A DNA stretch of 62,256 nucleotides, filler included, from Sphacelaria rigidula (lineage: Eukaryota), in NCBI GenBank assembly GCA_964200075.2. It is 10 parts of 10 records of this genome, joined end to end, with 100 filler letters (N's around TTAATTAATTAA, not from the genome) between each part and the next. Parts side by side here need not be neighbours in the genome. Positions count along the whole stretch, not along the records: positions 1 to 6,137 come from CAXNAA020021998.1; positions 6,238 to 12,373 come from CAXNAA020021999.1; 8 more parts are not named here. One strand, 5' to 3'. Positions 1 to 12,320 of the stretch are shown here, one piece after another (position 1 is the first letter of the stretch; each line of letters opens with the position of its first letter). The translations under genes were made by a program, and so were the position numbers. The notes under the pieces were generated by a model. The model was not told the DNA's origin. It searched no databases and saw nothing but the letters and a program-made list of their open reading frames with translations.

Positions 1-165
1 TCTCGAAATGTATGCGTGGTGAATGATCAAACGACTAAGGCAAGCAATAAATGAGTAAGCCCCCCCTCCCACCCACGTCTCGAAAGGGATGCGTGGTCAA
101 TCGTCACACGACGAAGGCAAGCAACAAATGAGTAAGCCAAGCCCCCCCCCACCCACCCACCCCCA
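1..165 (+). mobile_element. Two tandem 3' tails of a LINE family
   Basis: TCTCGAAA(G)GGATGCGTGGTCAAT...GACTAAGGCAAGCAACAAATGAGTA-C-rich occurs twice (1-70, 76-160). It matches the 3' end of the LINE fragments at 31730-32880 and 42918-43355. Confidence 0.8.
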
Positions 166-429
166 TCGACACACACACGCAACATCGCTGCTGCGAGTTG
201 CCAAGCCCACGTTCTGTTGGGCCCGCGGGAGGCCACGACCAACGAAGAAGGCAGGCAACAGGGCGCGGCTACCCAGCATGCTTTCAAATTCCAATCTGGG
301 GGAGTTGCGGGGTAAATCTGGCCCAAAATGTTGAATTTCCCCGGAAAACGGTAACTGTGGCTACAGACGCATCTCTCGACGCCGCCGTCACCTACATTGT
401 TATTTTACAATTCAATTCGTTTTTTTGGC

Positions 430-3180
430 AAGTTATGACAAAAACAGAAACAAAGAGTTGTCTTGCTCGGACCATGTGAAGAAGAGGTGATAGTACGTGT
501 GCACAAGTACAGGTGCATCACAGCCTATTCTGCTGGGTTTGTTGGGCGTCCAATACTGAATTTCGTCAAATGCCAGGGACAAACTTGACCACCCAATCGG
601 GGAGTGTTCCAGCCGGTACGGTCGAAAAAACTTGTTCTTGTGTCGACCACCAGCGACCACCAAAAACGTTCGATCACCAGACAAATCATATCCAAACACG
701 CAGCCCAATGCGCCCTACCCATCAGTGCCAGAGCTGCCGCTTGCGTTGTACTAATCATTTTCCAAGAGGGCCGCGCCAACTATCCCGCAAACCAGAAGTA
801 CCGCGGTCGTGCGCAGGGTGTGTGTCTGAGCTCTCTGTACAGCTCAACCCCGCGGCGGATCCAAGCGGACCCTTTCGGGGTTTTGGGGTGTTCACATTTT
901 GAGCGTACGCAGCGAACGCACCCGTTAAACACCACCACGCATGGTGCCTTTCGTGGCGTGAGATTGTGGGCGTAGAGCTTGTATACGACGAGTACGGCGT
1001 ACCCCCTGGTGCTTTCGCCGCGTCGGCTGAGGTGTGCTGACACTTTGCACTCTGCGTACCAACGACTACTGCCACACCCTTACAAGCCTACACGAAGACA
1101 CCGAGCTCACCTCATTTCATAGAATTGTCTGTTCAAGCACGTTGGGCATCGCCGGCATCTCCTCGAAGCTCAGATCCTCGGCGGTGCATGCATCCACGCT
1201 GAAAAAAGTAGCGAAGTCTACTCTGAGTTGCTGGACGACAGCTGTGTCCAGGCGTTCGCGCTTCGCTCTCGTAAGCATGGCATCATATATATGGACGAAC
1301 TCCGGGTCGTCCACCAGGCGGCACTTCTCCTCGAGTTCGTCAACCGGCATGCTCACCAATGCCACCCACTCGTCGCGCTCTTCCTTGGAGAGCGATAGCG
1401 GGAAGAGAGGGAGATATACAGAGCGGAGCTGGTCCACCTCTTCCGCGCTGAGTGAAATTACGGTGACATCCCCACCTGGGATCTGGAGGCGGTTAGGGAG
1501 CAAGAAGTACATGAACGCCACAAGACACGACACCGCGACTACACTCAACGCCGGCTCGAAACATAGCGGGTGGGGCATCTTGATCTGTGCCTGCAACCGT
1601 ATTAGTCTCACTGTACTGTGTGGTGCTTGCCGATGCGTCGCTTTGTGTTCTCCGGTGTCTGAGTGTGGTATGAAGAGGTTGGTGATGAGGGCTTAGGCTT
1701 TGGCTATGTGCCGAGGCACTTAGCGCCCCCGTGCGTATTTTGTTTCTCTTCGCCGAAAGGATCGTGGTCGTCAGCGTCCATATCGCGAATGACGATGAAT
1801 AACACCCCTGTGGGGTATAAGATATGCAACCTTCCATTTGCCTTATTAGTCTGTGGAGTGTGAACAGGCAAACATCACATCTTTCCATTTGAACTTACTG
1901 GGTATATTCTCTTTCACGTGAGTTTTTTTTAACTGTTAAGAGTGCTCTTCGCCGAAACAACGGGCATGATAGAAACCTGCCTCAAGGGGGTGTTATTGTC
2001 CGTCATCAACCTCAGCCCGGACGTTTCCCGCGCCACCACGTTTGATGTTCTCGTATTAACTAGGTCCCGCTGTGCTGTATGTGGCAGTTACTCAAAGTAC
2101 AGCAGTCGAAGCGCCATATAAACGGTTGGGAAAGGGGGAAAATTGCGCAATGCAGCGGGAATAAGGCACTATAATAGGGTAACAGATACTCTTCGCACGT
2201 CTCGAACCTATCATCAATACTGTACTGTATCCAGCATTCAGTCCGCACTACCAACGGGACTTGATGATGACATAAAAATCGAGTGTGATGACATAATCAT
2301 GATCTGAGAACACAACCTGGTAGCAATGTGAAGCCGGTCCTCACACGATACGGAAGGGAGCTTCCGTCAGCGCTAAGCTGCAGTTCTTGCTTGAAGCTGT
2401 GCACAAAGTCCATGTCATCGTTTCTCTGGAAATTATTGGGATTCCCTCTGCGCCATACCCTCCTCAGAGAGCCGGTGTGCTGATCATCAACAGGACGCAG
2501 TGCCACATGCGGAGAAGCTTGCAAGGGGCCGAGGCCAAGCACTGAAGATGGTGAATTAAGTGTCGCGGCAGAGGCGTTGCGACGCTGATGGAGATTTCAA
2601 GCATCCCGCTAATATCGGGAAACCAGCAATATGCTACAAGTTCACAGCCTGCTGGGAGACCACGCCAGCGAGACAGCGCAATGGTGCTGTCTCTGTCCCT
2701 GGCCTGGTTGGCGGGCTGGCCGATCACTGGAAAATATCATAGAAGAATCAGCTAAAGCTGAAGGGAAGGTTGCTCAGAGTTGGTGACACGGGCAAGCTAG
2801 TTGCTGTCGAACGCGGTCGAGGGCAGCAGTTGCTGCTCAAATGAGACGACGTTGACGTTTGGCGGCGAGCGGGCGGAGGTCGTGTGGAGGTATATAGCAC
2901 AGTGCCGCAATGACGGCTGGCCGTTCCATGATACCCCCGTATGGTGGGGTATGTATTGATGACTGGTGGCGGCCAAGTCGAGATGCTGCCAGGGTGTACG
3001 GTATTCAAGCTATTTCACGGTTACAAGGTGCTCCACAGCTGCTTCTCCTGGAGTCAGTCGCCAACGGTGCTGGTGGCTGTTCCTGGAATGCAAACCCACG
3101 CTCGGAAGCTGCTGGAGAGTGCGTGTTTGGACATGCTTCACTGATGGAAGGCTGGCCAACCGTCCATCCGAGTATCAGAA
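430..3180 (-). pseudogene. Decayed multi-exon gene of unknown family (possibly TE-encoded)
   Basis: Protein-like segments bounded by splice signals. Example: cctccag|IPGGDVTVISLSAEEVDQLRSVYLPL...VLEQTIL*NE|GTGAGC (about 1483-1111), with an in-frame TGA. Further segments at about 1850-1700, 2075-1900, 2727-2320 and 3170-2800 carry stops or frameshifts. No family recognised. Confidence 0.45.
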
Positions 3181-3204
3181 TGTGAGACTGCCCCTGAAAC
3201 TGTA

Positions 3205-4809
3205 CAGGCTAGTTCACGCTTATCACCCAAAAGTGTGTCATTATACCTTTCGCAATACCTACCCAATAGTCTCATGCATGATATCATACTGACCGCCATG
3301 GACAGCTGAAGAGCGCGGCATAGCCGGATCTACGTGTAAGGCCATAGTGGTAGAGCTAAGGGCGAAAAGGTATCGACCAATCAGCGCCCGTCAAATTGTT
3401 CCGAGATCGAAATTACAAATTCCAAGCCTAATCTTCATCCAATCTTCACATGCTTCAAATCGTAGTAACCGCCATCTGCTCGGGAATCTAACGAAAAGAA
3501 CACGCTTTAAGACGGTTACTACGGGAGTCGAATTCTACCCGAAACCGTGATGTTTCGGTGATGTCGGGTGTTGGCGTCTTCTAATTTCCACTAATGGTAC
3601 GCACAAAAGACCCAGGAACCCTCGTGACGGTGTCCCCTATTTACGTCGTAGAAAAGCTCAGATCGCCCTCAAACTTGACAGTTCCATATGTATTGATGCC
3701 CCAAATGGAATTTTCTTATTCTCGACAATATTCCAAAGTTTCTCCGTCCTCTACCAGCTTCCGGGAGTCCCAGTATAAAGACCCCCGGGAGGCGGTACAG
3801 AATGCCCCCCCGCCCCCCCCCCCCCCCCCCCCCCGACCCCCCCCCCACCCCCCCCCCCCNNNNNNNNNNCCACGCTGCTGGTCCTATCCACACCCCCCCC
3901 CCCCCCCCCAAATCAAATGATGCGTCCCGGGTAGTCCAAGGAACCCACGCCGAACGTTCGGTGGAGAAACTCGAAAATCTCCTTCAGTTTTTCTTGCCTT
4001 GGCGTAAAAGTCACCCCAAAAGACGTTTCGATACTAAAAATCAAGTAGTTAGGCGTTGCAGGCTCCAAGCCCACGACCTCCACAAATGCACAAACCTTCA
4101 CGCCGTTATTTGGAGTTAGACCCTAAAACTTCGCACAAATATGCTATGTGTCATTGGGCGACTTCTTATGAACGAATTTTGTTTACCCTTCCAATTTTTT
4201 TCCCGTTTTTCGGGGGTCCGACGGGATCCAAGTGGTTTTTCGCAGTAGTCTCCACTCTGGGATCCCTGAAAACCGGTACTGCGCTGTTTTTTCTTAGTTC
4301 TTTCGCAAAAGAGCTGTCGCCGCACAACCCAAGGAAGGGCCCCACAAAGGTTCGTCGCAAAACTCGGTCAACTGATGATTAAAGTTCCATGTCGACGTCA
4401 AAGAACGCCCAAAAACGCCGTTTTCGTACTAAAATCAAGTAGTTTGCGGTTTCACCGCGTCACGGCAAAGTTCGTCGCACAAAAGCGAAGAGCCTCACGC
4501 CGTTTGAAGGAGTAAGACCCTGAAATTTCGCACAACTGTGCTGTGGGTCATTACGCACCTCTGGATGAACGGGTTATTTTTAGTTTCTTTCACCATTTTA
4601 CGGGGGTCCGATCGGATCGACGTTTCCCCGATAAAACTGTCACCCCCGAAAAACGTCGAAAAAGTCAAGAAGTAAGAAAAACCCTCGACCTTCGGAAGAT
4701 GCGTAATGGCCCATGGAACATCTGTGCAAAATTTCAGGGTCTAACTCTTGACAAGGGCGTGAGGTTTCGCCGATGAGTGTTTTTAAAGTGATGAGCGTGA
4801 ACCAGCCTG
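3205..4809 (+). mobile_element. Non-autonomous Tc1/mariner-like TIR element (about 1.6 kb)
   Basis: TIRs CAGGCTAGTTCACGCTTATCAC and GTGATGAGCGTGAACCAGCCTG match at 20/22. Flanked by TA at 3203-3204 and 4810-4811. It has an internal duplication (about 4005-4230 vs 4410-4620) and no transposase ORF. Confidence 0.8.
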
Positions 4810-6137
4810 TAGAGTTTGAAATACCGCCATGGTGGAGGAAGCGGGTGTCCGTGGCACGCTAAGAGCTCGATGTGCTCAAAAGGGATTCCTGCTTCGGTTG
4901 AAGAAAGCCGAGCTACAGTAGCCTCGAAGATTACCGTTCATCATCAACCACCAATTGGTCCGCTCAAGAAACCGGGATTCGCCAAGACTAAAGTTACGGA
5001 AGATGTTTTTTTCATCATGGAGTGAGGGGGCAGATTGGAAGCTTCGAAACTCCAGAGTGGACGCTAAAACGTTAATAGCGGGAGCTGACGTGACGTGGCT
5101 TCACGAAATGTTTTCTTTTCGCAGTGATTGGCCGCAGGTTGTCCCGCCAAATGTACGATCGGTTAGCGTCCAGCTCGAAAGTGCACAGGCCGGCACAACA
5201 CTGACTGTACCGTACCCTGCGGCATCGTACGCACCGTGCACTTCGCTTTACTGCACCTGCAGTACTTCAATCTACTACGGCGCACAACAGGACACTTTAG
5301 TGCTGTAGTGCTGTGCAGTGTGGATCACAGACAGCGTCGTACAGAGAGAGCAATGCAAAACCCTACAACAGTTAGACAAGCTAATCGAGCCAGAAAAGTG
5401 AATGAGCTGTTCGAGGAACTCATAACGACCACAGACAAAAATCCCCTTTGACTTTTCTGTCCTGGGATGCTCCGCCCAAATACACTTGCTTTTACGATCC
5501 AATCTCGTGACGGGTTGATCGCGCGCGCACGCAACACCCTCCCGGTTCACATTCTACATCCTGTTGCTGACCATCCACACGCACCCCATAGCTGCAGCCT
5601 TATCCTCCTGCTTTGAAGGCGTACACTCTAAACCTGGAAAAACAAAAACCCCGGCCTACTGATCTGACCGCGGGACGTGCCCCAAAATTGGCGCTGCAGT
5701 GTGGGGTTGTGAGCACCCAACGCAACAGCCGGCGCTCGAATGCACGTAACCGGGGAGAACCGCCCGGATAAAAGCTATCCCTTGATGGAGTATGTCCTGA
5801 GCAACGCACCGTCCTCAATAATTTAAGTGCAAAATAACGACATCCAGAGAGAGCTCGCGGGGAAACGTCGGGGGGCAGGTCTGAATCGGTCGCGGAGTAT
5901 ATTTACTTCGGTGCGTGCGGATGTGCAAATCTAGACATTTTTTGGTGAGGAAAGCGTCGCCGCGTACGTACACAGCCGCACAACGAACCCAAGGTAAAGA
6001 ACATGGCGTGTACTGGAACAGACAACATCATTGTGACCGAATCATGTTCTCCTCTTGTCTGTGGTGTTGATTATATTGGTGCCGCCATGTTCGCCGTACC
6101 GCCTCTACAGCCTCCGGCCGCGGCGACTTGAGCTTAT

Positions 6138-6237
6138 NNNNNNNNNNNNNNNNNNNNNNNNNNNNNNNNNNNNNNNNNNNNTTAATTAATTAANNNNNNN
6201 NNNNNNNNNNNNNNNNNNNNNNNNNNNNNNNNNNNNN
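6138..6237. other. Artificial contig linker (N44-TTAATTAATTAA-N44), first of nine
   Basis: Identical 100-nt spacers with stops in all six frames at 6138-6237, 12374-12473, 18610-18709, 24846-24945, 31082-31181, 37317-37416, 43552-43651, 49787-49886 and 56022-56121. Contig lengths fall 6137, 6136 (x4), 6135 (x5), so they are length-sorted. Confidence 0.98.
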
Positions 6238-7717
6238 GGCCCAATTCGTTTCCGGTGATGAGATATTGCTCTGCTAGGTTAAATCCGTTTCTGGGCTGGC
6301 CCAGCTCGTAAGCTGACCGCGGTGCTCGAATGTGTGTTGGCCGAGATATGCTTGTGAGTGTTTTTTTTATGGAGACCATACCGACAGTGCAGGGTACAGT
6401 TCACATCTGCTGCGAAAGAGAGCGGTGAATTCCGCGACGATTTCAGGCTCCGTTTTGTAAACACTCGTTGACGTGGCGTACGCAGGGCACGCGGCATGGC
6501 ATACAATGGTACGCAAGGCGATGCGACGGAGATATGCTGAGGCTATCGATAGGTACCTTCGTCGATCCAGAAGATGACGAATCCGCAAAGTTTCTGGGGC
6601 GAGCAATGTTGTGAATAATGTCCGGCACCAAAAATATTGGACAAGTGTCTCATGAAGGGGAGGAGGGATAATCCCCGTTTTGATTGCCGCTGTTGATCGA
6701 CATCTCCATTCGATATTTCCCGTGAGACGATTGCTGTGGCACGCGACGGATAGCAGGGCAGAGTGATGGACGTATGCAGAGCTTTCGATACATGCCATTG
6801 TTCGTCCATAATATTCATATAAATATATATATAAATTCGTACGGTTCTTTGAATATCTGACAAGCGTGCGAAATTTCGTGGATCTCAGGAAAAGGGGGTC
6901 GTGGATCTATATGGTCAGCGCTGAGTAACGTCTCATTTCGATCTTTCGCAAGGCGTAGACCACGCCAAGCAAGGAAAAGCACGTAAACGTGATGGATAAA
7001 CTCGGGAGTGTCGATACAGTAGATGCCTTTGTTGACCCACAAGACGATGCATCCGTAAAGTTATGTGGAGCGGAGTCTGATACGGCAGGGTGTTTTGGCG
7101 AAGCGATGAGCGTGAGTTATCGAGAACATCCGCTTATTTCATTTTCCAAGTTCCAGTGTTACACCGTAGCAGTGTTTATGGCTTGCTTCGATAGAGCTCG
7201 TGGGTGAGAGCTTATACCCCAATACTATGGCTCCGAAATAGCTGAGCCGAACAGCTCCTCCACGTATTTTTGTTTTTATTTTGTTTCGGCTGGACCCATG
7301 GGTGGTCAGTTAAAGTGCGACAATCAATAATAATAAAAAAAATGTGTAAAGGCGTGTGTTCTCTGTCCACGGCCTTTTTCACCTGAAGCCATGCTACAGC
7401 GGCCGGCTATTTTTAGTTTCAGGTCATACCGACGGGCTTGTGAGTAACCAAGAATTATCAACGGCGACAAACGACAAACGACGACAGAAGCTCGTGTCGG
7501 AATATAAGGCATCCGCTGTGGTTTTTCTCGGACGCCAAACGCTCACGTTTACGCGGAAGCCAACTAAACTGATTTCGGTAGGCCCAAGATCGCTCCGTGC
7601 TTTTGTCCTGCTCTCGCAAAACACTTGCAGACCGAAAATGGAGGTTCCTGGTGCACGACCACGTTCGTGCTACACTCCCGTGTTGACTCCCCCCCGGATC
7701 TCACTGATACCCGCCAG

Positions 7718-7918
7718 GAACAGCAGCAGCAGCAAGAGGCGATGGCGGGAACAGTCGTGGGAAAGCGGCGCCACGCAAGGGCTTCTGGGGAAGCATGGGC
7801 GCCTGGATAATAGTTTTAGGTTTGGCGTTCGCCTATCGACAATTTCACGACAGGCAGGTGGAGAAGAGGGAGCTGCCCAGGGACACGGATATTTTTGTTG
7901 TATCGTACCCCAAGAGCG
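7718..7918 (+). CDS. Sulfotransferase, internal exon (TM anchor plus PAPS-binding 5'PSB loop)
   Basis: ccgccag|GAACAG...AAGAGCG|GTGAGT encodes ...KGFWGSMGAWIIVLGLAFAYRQFHDRQVEKRELPRDTDIFVVSYPKSG. DIFVVSYPKSG matches the Sulfotransfer_1 motif D(I/V)xxxxYPKSGT. The remaining exons were not found in the contig. Confidence 0.8.
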
Positions 7919-9149
7919 GTGAGTGCGTGAGTGCACGTCTCTATCATACTGTGGAGGTCTGTGTTTTTCACCCTTTGAGCGCCCGCAAATGGACAGATGC
8001 GTGTGAATCATTTTTCAAGTGAGGATGATGCCGGTTCAAAAGGTGGACCCCCCTGGGGCGATCGAACGGCCAACACCAACACGTATCATGTACGGCGGAT
8101 GCAAATGATCATGACATTACTTGACGTGCCAGAAGCACTACGAGTATTCAGCCGAATTCATTGGGGCTTACACCATAGTGCGGCCCACTGAAATGCAGGT
8201 CCTGCCACTAGGTCGAAATTGCTTGTTCCAACTTCATCACCCCCCCCCCCCATGGTGCGGTGAAGAGTGGTGGGGTGGTCCCGGTATAGTGCGATTACCA
8301 CATCACACCAGTTCCGCCGACCCCGTCAACGGTCAACAGCAGCTCACCAAGCGTCACGCCCGTCACGAATATTCCACCGGGTTACATATGCAGTCTGCAT
8401 CACTGTACGGTACTGTCTGTGTAAGGATTAAGCCCTCTCGCGTTTTGCTGTGCGCAATAACCTGAGACCAACGGGACCTGTCGAACGAGTTGCGATTCGA
8501 TGTACAAGCATGGAGAAAAGAAATGATGTGTCAGGAGTGCATTGGATACTCAGACGATGGCGTGTATCTGTTGCAATCGCCATGCCCTGTGGAGTAGGAA
8601 AACTGCACGTGACGCCTAATCGGACGTTGGAATATTACAACAGCCACGTGTGTCTTAGAAGGAGATGTTCGAGGTGTTTCCCACACGTCGCGAGGCTACT
8701 GGTGTAGTCCTTTTCAGAATCCAAGAGATTGTTACACCCTTGTAGTGTTTATGTTACTGGTGATGTCTGTATGGATATGACAGGTATTACACACTTGGGT
8801 GCAGTGTGTTTGGGCATGTCCAAGACTATTTATTACATGTGACCCTACTTCTCAGAAACAGCAGCTAGATACACGCTTGAACGTTGCCTGGTTCACTTGC
8901 TTCTGTGGCTCAGGCAGCAACCGGAAAACTCTAACTCTCGTGTGTGTATTTCGTGAATATAGAGTGAAAACATGCTGCTCTGTGTCCACTATATTGGCTT
9001 CGGGAATTTTGCCTTGTACGAGTACTAGAGTGCTTGGCGAGGGTAGGGTTGCTCTGCAATATACTCTACTTTTGACCAGTCTAATAATTTATTGCCTCAC
9101 ATTAAAATGATCCGCCACAAATCCGATCGTGGTCGCAAGACAGACTCAC

Positions 9150-10040
9150 TCACGGAAACTTGCGTAATGATCCATAGCACATTTGTACAATTTTTCAGGG
9201 TCTAATTCCTAATAACTGCGTGAAGGTTTGCGCGTTCGTGCGAGGGCGTGAGCTTGAAACGTGCAGCTCCTAACTAGTTGATTTTAGTATGAAGACGTCT
9301 TTTTTGGTGGATTTTACGTCAAGGCAAGAAAAACGACATGATGTTTTCGAGTTTCTCGACCAAACTTTGTACATGTGTTTCTTGGACTATTCCAGAACGC
9401 ATCATACTATCCTTTTTTCTTTGGAGGCATTCTGTACCACCTTCCCGCGGATCTTTATACTGGGACCCCAGGAAGCCGGTAGAAAACGGAAAAGAAAATG
9501 GAATTTTATCAAGAATATAACTATTCTATTTGGAGCATCAATACCTACGAAACTGCCAAGTTCGAGGGTGATCTGAGCTTTTTTACTCCAGATATAAGAG
9601 AAACCGTCACGAGGCTCCCTGGGTCTGTCGTGCGTATCATTAGTGGAAATTAGACGACGCCGAGACTCTACATTACCTCAAAAGCACGGTTTCGGGTATA
9701 ACTCGACTCCGTTGTAACCGTTTTCGAATCCGTTTCCCCCGGTAGATTCCCGAGTTTTCAAATGGCGGTCACTACGATTTGAAGCATGTGAAGATTCGGT
9801 GAAAAATTGGCTTGAAATTCTTGTTTTTGAATTTCAGAACAATTTGAAGGGCGCTGATTGGTCGAAGTAGCTTTTCGCCCTTAGCGCTACCGCTATATCC
9901 TTGAGCAAAACTCTGGCTAAGTCACACTCTTCGTCTGTTCATTGCGGCCAGTATGATACCATGTATGCGACTATTGGGTAGGTATCGCGAAAGGCATTTC
10001 CTGATGACACCATTTTCGGTGATGAGCGTGAACCAGCTCG
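9150..10040 (-). mobile_element. Second, partial, inverted copy of the 3205-4809 TIR family
   Basis: The reverse complement matches about 3205-3990 and ends in GTGATGAGCGTGAACCAGCTCG-TA (10019-10042). Related internal sequence also lies at about 30190-30820. Confidence 0.75.
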
Positions 10041-10659
10041 TACGCTGCCGCGTGTTGACCATAAAGTATCCGAATAGGGTATCGGTACATTCTGCACTTC
10101 AGCCTTAATGCACTTTGAAAGTATTGAGTTCACTCCCTGTTCGATCTCTGTTCCTCCCGTGGAACATTGTATACACGCGTAAGGGATTGGTGTGAAGTAG
10201 TCCCTCCCGTACAGGGGACTGAGCCGCAGGCCTGTACAGTTTGGCATAACACCATGCAAGACGTTGACCCCACCACAGCACGATACCGCACTATGTCGGT
10301 TTCGAGCGAGATTCCCACCACCGTCCTGATAGGCCGGTTTGGCGACCACTGCACTGTAGTGAGACCGTCACAGTAAAGCCGGTCAATAAACATTCGGAAG
10401 ATTATGCGGCACTTTACGAATACGAAATGCCTCAATTTTTCCATAGATTGCTCTACTTCGCAATCGCACTTCCAATTTTCTATTTTCCTTTTCCCTTGTT
10501 AGGCTTCTTGTTATACTTGTTATATATCGAAAAAAATACAACTTGTTGAACAGTGCTTTTTTTACCCTTCTCCATCGTTTTTGCCCCGAAAAGAGGGCTT
10601 GGCGGATGTTGACACCTCAGACCGTTCCAGAGCACCTCTGCGTCTTCCGTAGGTCACAG

Positions 10660-10876
10660 TGTAGTGCGTGAGAGGACCGCGTGCTTGGAGGACCGTACCG
10701 TAGCTCGAAAGACCTCAGTATCGAAGTTTTCCAAGACCAATTGGGCCAGTCCCTGCAGGTACCACGACCCTGACCCCAACCCCAACACTAACCCTAACCC
10801 TAACCCTAACCCCATCCATAGGGATGTTCAACTTCCGACGCGGTCCTCCAAGCACGCGGTCCTCTCACACATTACA
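10660..10876. mobile_element. 217-bp MITE with 36-bp TIRs (TGT...ACA ends) enclosing telomere-like (CCCTAA)n
   Basis: TGTAGTGCGTGAGAGGACCGCGTGCTTGGAGGACCG pairs with CGGTCCTCCAAGCACGCGGTCCTCTCACACATTACA. Internal CCCTGA/CCCCAA/CCCTAA array at about 10768-10812. Confidence 0.8.
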
Positions 10877-11689
10877 ACAATTTCGTTCCTGGCCAAAAAT
10901 TAGACAGTACAGTTATGGGTAGGAATTGCAGATTTTCGGTACTAAATTCATGGAAAGTGCAAGCTGAACGCTACATGCGTCAGAAGTGGCCGGTAATCCA
11001 TGAATTATATCAACGGAAAATACACGCGTCACCTACAAATGACGATTCGGCTCATAAGAAATAAATAAACCATATTTCTAGTACATTTATTCAAGCCTGG
11101 GAGTGGTCGGTGTTGAGGTGATTTTGTTTTTCCGGAAAGCTCGCTCCACATCAGTAGATGGACAATCTTGTTGCACTAGCGAGTGGCCTGCCTTTGTCTG
11201 CACCAGTCGGGAAGCACACGCCCCAGAGCTGCCACCCCACGTTTACCGTAATTGCGAAGATAACAAGACAAGAGCACGAACAGCAGCTGTTATGGCCGCT
11301 ACACACCAACGTAACTACAGTGAAAGGCGTGCTTGACATAGTGCTAGAACGAGAAAGTACGGAAGTTTAGAGATCATGAGTAGCAGCGTCGCGCATCCGG
11401 AAACTATGAGAACGATGCTGATGATGTTGACGATCAATGCATGTCCTACACACAGCTATGACTGCGGGATTGGAGAATTAATTTCTCATGGGCCCCATCG
11501 GGTCAGGGTCATGGTATGAGTGGGAGGAATCCCATCTTGTCAGCCGCTTGGGCACGGTCTGGTTCTCTCTGTCCAGATCAACATCTTCAACGTCAATTTT
11601 TCCCAATTATCAGTATGTACGGTGTACAGGCAGTCACTTTGAACATCGTGGCTCTGCGGACCTAGGCATACATGGTGCGCAGTTTGAAA

Positions 11690-12320
11690 TCAAAATCACT
11701 CTTCGCGCCTTGGCTTCTCCGCTGGAACCCTCAGACACAACAACCGAAGTTCATGTGTGACCTCGCTCTCTGCAACTCAATACATGGAGGGTACTCGCTT
11801 TTGAAAGGCGAATTTGCCCTTTGTGCACAGACGTACAGAACGGAGCAGTACCTGGTGGCATGCCACAAAGTGAAATGCCATCCGTCACACACTGCTTGCC
11901 GCAAGAAAAAAAAGACGCAGCCCAAAACGACGATTGTCAAACATCGCATAGTTTGCATCTCATTCTGATACTATTAATAGTATATACAGACAGTTACTAA
12001 ATACATGACCGCGGTCGCCAGCAGATGTAACACACATACTCGTGCTAAAATCGCTCTCGACGCCTTGGCTTCTGCGCTGGAGCCCTGACATGAAGCAGCC
12101 GCCAGCTTTGTCTTTCTTCTGTCAACTCTCCCTCTGTAATTCGATACTTCAAAGGATGCTCGCCGTTGAAAGGCGAAATTGCCCTTTGTGCACAGCCGCA
12201 CAGAACAAAGCAGCGCGTGGGGGCACGCAACCAAAGTTCATGTCGTCACAACTTGCTTGCGGCAGCAAAAGAGCTTCCCACACACCCAAGCTACGTCGCC
12301 TAGTTTGGTTTTCGTGTTCG
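11690..12320 (+). repeat. Diverged direct repeat pair, period about 355 bp
   Basis: AAAATC(A/G)CTCT...GCCTTGGCTTCT.CGCTGGA.CCCT...TTGAAAGGCGAA.TTGCCCTTTGTGCACAG occurs at about 11692 and about 12047. Confidence 0.75.

Noticed and set aside
1034..1696. 220-aa plus-strand ORF
   Set aside because: Antisense shadow of the minus-strand exon at about 1111-1483.
6182..6193. TTAATTAATTAA palindrome recurring every 6.2 kb, and ORFs ending in ...LIN
   Set aside because: Synthetic linker between N runs, not biological.
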